DNA of 64,000 nucleotides from Nitrospirota bacterium. Its GTDB lineage: Bacteria > Nitrospirota > UBA9217. Position numbers and translations under genes: made by a program. Position 1 is the first letter of the stretch; each line of letters starts with the position of its first letter. Shown piece by piece: positions 61,809-64,000 of this stretch. The stretch covers positions 1,056,001-1,120,000 of the forward strand of contig CAWJQQ010000009.1 in NCBI GenBank assembly GCA_963845065.1, written 5' to 3'. Under the pieces are notes generated by a model. It did not search any database and was not told the DNA's origin. It saw only the letters and a program-made list of their open reading frames with translations.

Positions 61809-63515
61809 ATGCCTCTTTTCGGCTTCAAGAGAAGACATATCCGCGACATCCCGCGAATCGGCCGGATCATTGGCGTGGCTTCCCGCCACGGGTTCGGCCA
61901 ACTGGTAGAACAGCTTGGTCTGCAGCGGTTCTTTTCGCTGAGCAGACGAATTATTTCGTTTGAAAAGCCCCCATCTATTGCCCACCATATAAGCACGCCA
62001 GAACGTCTCCGGCTGATGTTCGAGGATCTAGGGCCGACGTTTATCAAATTCGGGCAGGTGTTGGCATGCCGACCAGACATGCTGCCAATAGAATATTCCC
62101 GCGAATTTCTGAAATTAACGGACTCCGTTGCACCGTTCCCTTCTGCTGAGGTAACAAAAATAATTGAAGAAGATCTCAAGGCAACGATTAACACATTGTT
62201 TGCTTCCTTTGACAGTGTTCCTGTAGCAGCCGCGTCTATTGCGCAGGTGCATCGGGCTACTCTTCGGGACGGCAGGGCGGTAATCGTAAAGGTCCAGCGA
62301 CCCCACATCACGGGCATAATTGAACGGGATATCAGCATCATGCGATGGCTTGCCGAGCTCATTGAGGCACAGTTCCCTGATATCGCCCCCTACGATCTGC
62401 CGGGTATTATTGATGAGTTCGCGCGCACGATTAAACGGGAACTCGATTTTTTCATCGAGGCATCGAACGCCACCCAACTCCGAAAGAATTTCATCGACAG
62501 TCCAGTTCTCTACGTACCTCAGGTCTACACTGAATTATCGAGTAAGAGGGTCATTGTCCTTGAGAAAATCATGGGGATTCGGATCGACGCGTATGAGCGT
62601 CTTGACCTCGAGGGGTATGACCGAAAGGAAATCGCCCGGAAAGGGGCAGCGGCATATTTCAAGATGGTGTTGAAGGACGGTTTCTTTCACGCCGATCCTC
62701 ACCCTGGGAATATTTTTGTGCTCCCGGATGGCAGGCTCGGACTCGTGGATTTTGGTATCATGGGCCGTGTTACTGAAGAAAATATGGAACATTTTGCATC
62801 CATTTTTCTGGCCCTGGCGAACCATGATTATGACGCGCTCGTCCGGCAGTACGTCGAACTCGGGTTTGTGTCTGAGACATCTGTAGATTTAGAACAGTTT
62901 CAGCGGGAGATGAAGCAAGACCTGGTTGAACTCCTCGAACCCTACTACGTCATGCAGGTGAAACAAATAGATTTTGGCGCCTACATCGATCATGTCACCC
63001 ACATACTACTCAGGCACCATTTGAAGCTACCATCGAATCTCTACCTTATGGACAAATCGCTTATCACCCTTGAGGGTATCTTGAAACAGCTTGATCCTGA
63101 GTTCAATTATTTCGAGGCAGCGACGCCATATGTGGCTGACCTCATTCGTCATAGTCGAGACCCCATAAGGGCTGCTCAGAACATGAAAAAGAACATGTCT
63201 GAATTCGTCGATACTATGACGCTCTTGCCGCGGCAGATCAAAGCGACGTTCAGAAAAATTACCCACGGCGAGATTCGAATCACCGTCCATCATGAAGAAC
63301 TGCAAAATCTGATCAGGGACATTGACAAGTCGAGTAACCGTCTGGCATTTAGCGTCATTACAGCAGCCATCATTGTGGCGTCATCAATCATCATCCACTC
63401 GGCACAGGGCCCGATGCTTTTTGGCTTGCCAATGATCGGCCTGGTAGGGTATGTTATTGCAGCTCTGCTGGGCATTTGGATTCTGATAGGCATACTCAGA
63501 TCAGGTCAGTTATAA
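61809..63515 (+). CDS. UbiB/AarF (ABC1) family kinase
   Basis: LGPTFIKFGQ, AAASIAQVH, VKVQRP, ELDF, GFFHADPHPGN, DFG; two C-terminal TMs. Confidence 0.93.
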   Translation: MPLFGFKRRHIRDIPRIGRIIGVASRHGFGQLVEQLGLQRFFSLSRRIISFEKPPSIAHHISTPERLRLMFEDLGPTFIKFGQVLACRPDMLPIEYSREFLKLTDSVAPFPSAEVTKIIEEDLKATINTLFASFDSVPVAAASIAQVHRATLRDGRAVIVKVQRPHITGIIERDISIMRWLAELIEAQFPDIAPYDLPGIIDEFARTIKRELDFFIEASNATQLRKNFIDSPVLYVPQVYTELSSKRVIVLEKIMGIRIDAYERLDLEGYDRKEIARKGAAAYFKMVLKDGFFHADPHPGNIFVLPDGRLGLVDFGIMGRVTEENMEHFASIFLALANHDYDALVRQYVELGFVSETSVDLEQFQREMKQDLVELLEPYYVMQVKQIDFGAYIDHVTHILLRHHLKLPSNLYLMDKSLITLEGILKQLDPEFNYFEAATPYVADLIRHSRDPIRAAQNMKKNMSEFVDTMTLLPRQIKATFRKITHGEIRITVHHEELQNLIRDIDKSSNRLAFSVITAAIIVASSIIIHSAQGPMLFGLPMIGLVGYVIAALLGIWILIGILRSGQL

Positions 63516-63661
63516 CGATCAAGCATTTTTTTTGTTACAGTCGTTTATAATTTTTTAAAAAATAATTTCTTAAGGTTTTCTGCAACTTCCGTATCATTCT
63601 CTGCTCATTCGCGGTGAATGTTTTTTGAAGCTTAGAAATGCTTGTAGTGAGGTTATTAACC

Positions 63662-64000
63662 GTGCCAGAAGAAAAAGAACAGAAACGGCAGCAAAGGTGG
63701 GAGCATATTCGCAGAGGGACAAAGAAAAATCCTTGGCTGATGTTTCTCGCTACGACAGCAATGTTAACCGTCATCATCCATTTTTATATTGCGCTCTTTG
63801 TGCCGCCGACTAACGAAAAAGTGTGGAAGGAAATCCAGGTTACCGATGGCATGAGTTTCAAAACGATCGCGGCAACACTCCAGAAAGAAGGGATTATCCG
63901 CTATCGAGGTTACTTCGAGATTATCGGCAGGATTGAGGGTATCAGTCGCAAAGTCCGGGTTGGCTACTACGGATTAAGCACGAGCATGAGCTTGTGGGAA
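63662..64000 (+). CDS. mltG: Endolytic transglycosylase MltG (YceG), partial
   Basis: Manual translation from GTG 63662: basic N-terminus, one TM, then KEIQVTDGMSFKTIAATLQKEGII...KVRVGYYGLSTSMS; runs off the window. Confidence 0.75.
   Translation, partial: MPEEKEQKRQQRWEHIRRGTKKNPWLMFLATTAMLTVIIHFYIALFVPPTNEKVWKEIQVTDGMSFKTIAATLQKEGIIRYRGYFEIIGRIEGISRKVRVGYYGLSTSMSLWE

Noticed and set aside
1..64000. CRISPR array or cas genes near the TnpB loci; tRNA or rRNA genes
   Set aside because: No regularly spaced direct repeats or RNA-gene signatures seen by eye; the TnpBs are flanked by IS hairpin ends instead

Overview
A 64 kb bacterial chromosomal window. Gene content and order suggest an anaerobic Nitrospirota- or Desulfobacterota-like organism (inference). 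1-18.7 kb is a propionate/methylmalonyl-CoA cluster: pccA-pccB-meaB-mutase-epimerase-sucD-sucC-acyltransferase on the minus strand, divergent from acnA-prpE. A dead IS4 element and a TnpB-only IS200/IS605 element interrupt it. 19-52 kb is accessory: two RND efflux loci, an aldo/keto reductase, two divergent chemoreceptors, an HPF-cold-shock fusion, htpG, an Old Yellow Enzyme, a complete IS605 (tnpA-tnpB), two decayed tnpB elements, a MITE, several gene relics, a site-2 protease, and a stand-alone GroES with a histone-H1-like tail. 52-64 kb is housekeeping: pgpA-cinA-thpR-recA-pilT-alaS-phasin-ubiB-mltG. The best candidate for an undescribed system is a gene pair between pgpA and cinA-thpR-recA: a STAS-like/HATPase kinase and a STAS-like/winged-helix protein. 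The second gene has a sigma70-like promoter overlapped by a 22-bp perfect palindrome, suggesting a phosphorylation-switched regulator. Other notable signals are the GroES-H1 fusion, a TnpB element inserted in the last codon of meaB that supplies a replacement stop codon, a 47-bp left-end/right-end fusion scar of that element, and an in-frame prpE/acnA chimeric mini-ORF. No tRNA, rRNA or CRISPR array was seen. All family calls come from recognising motifs by eye; no database searches were run.
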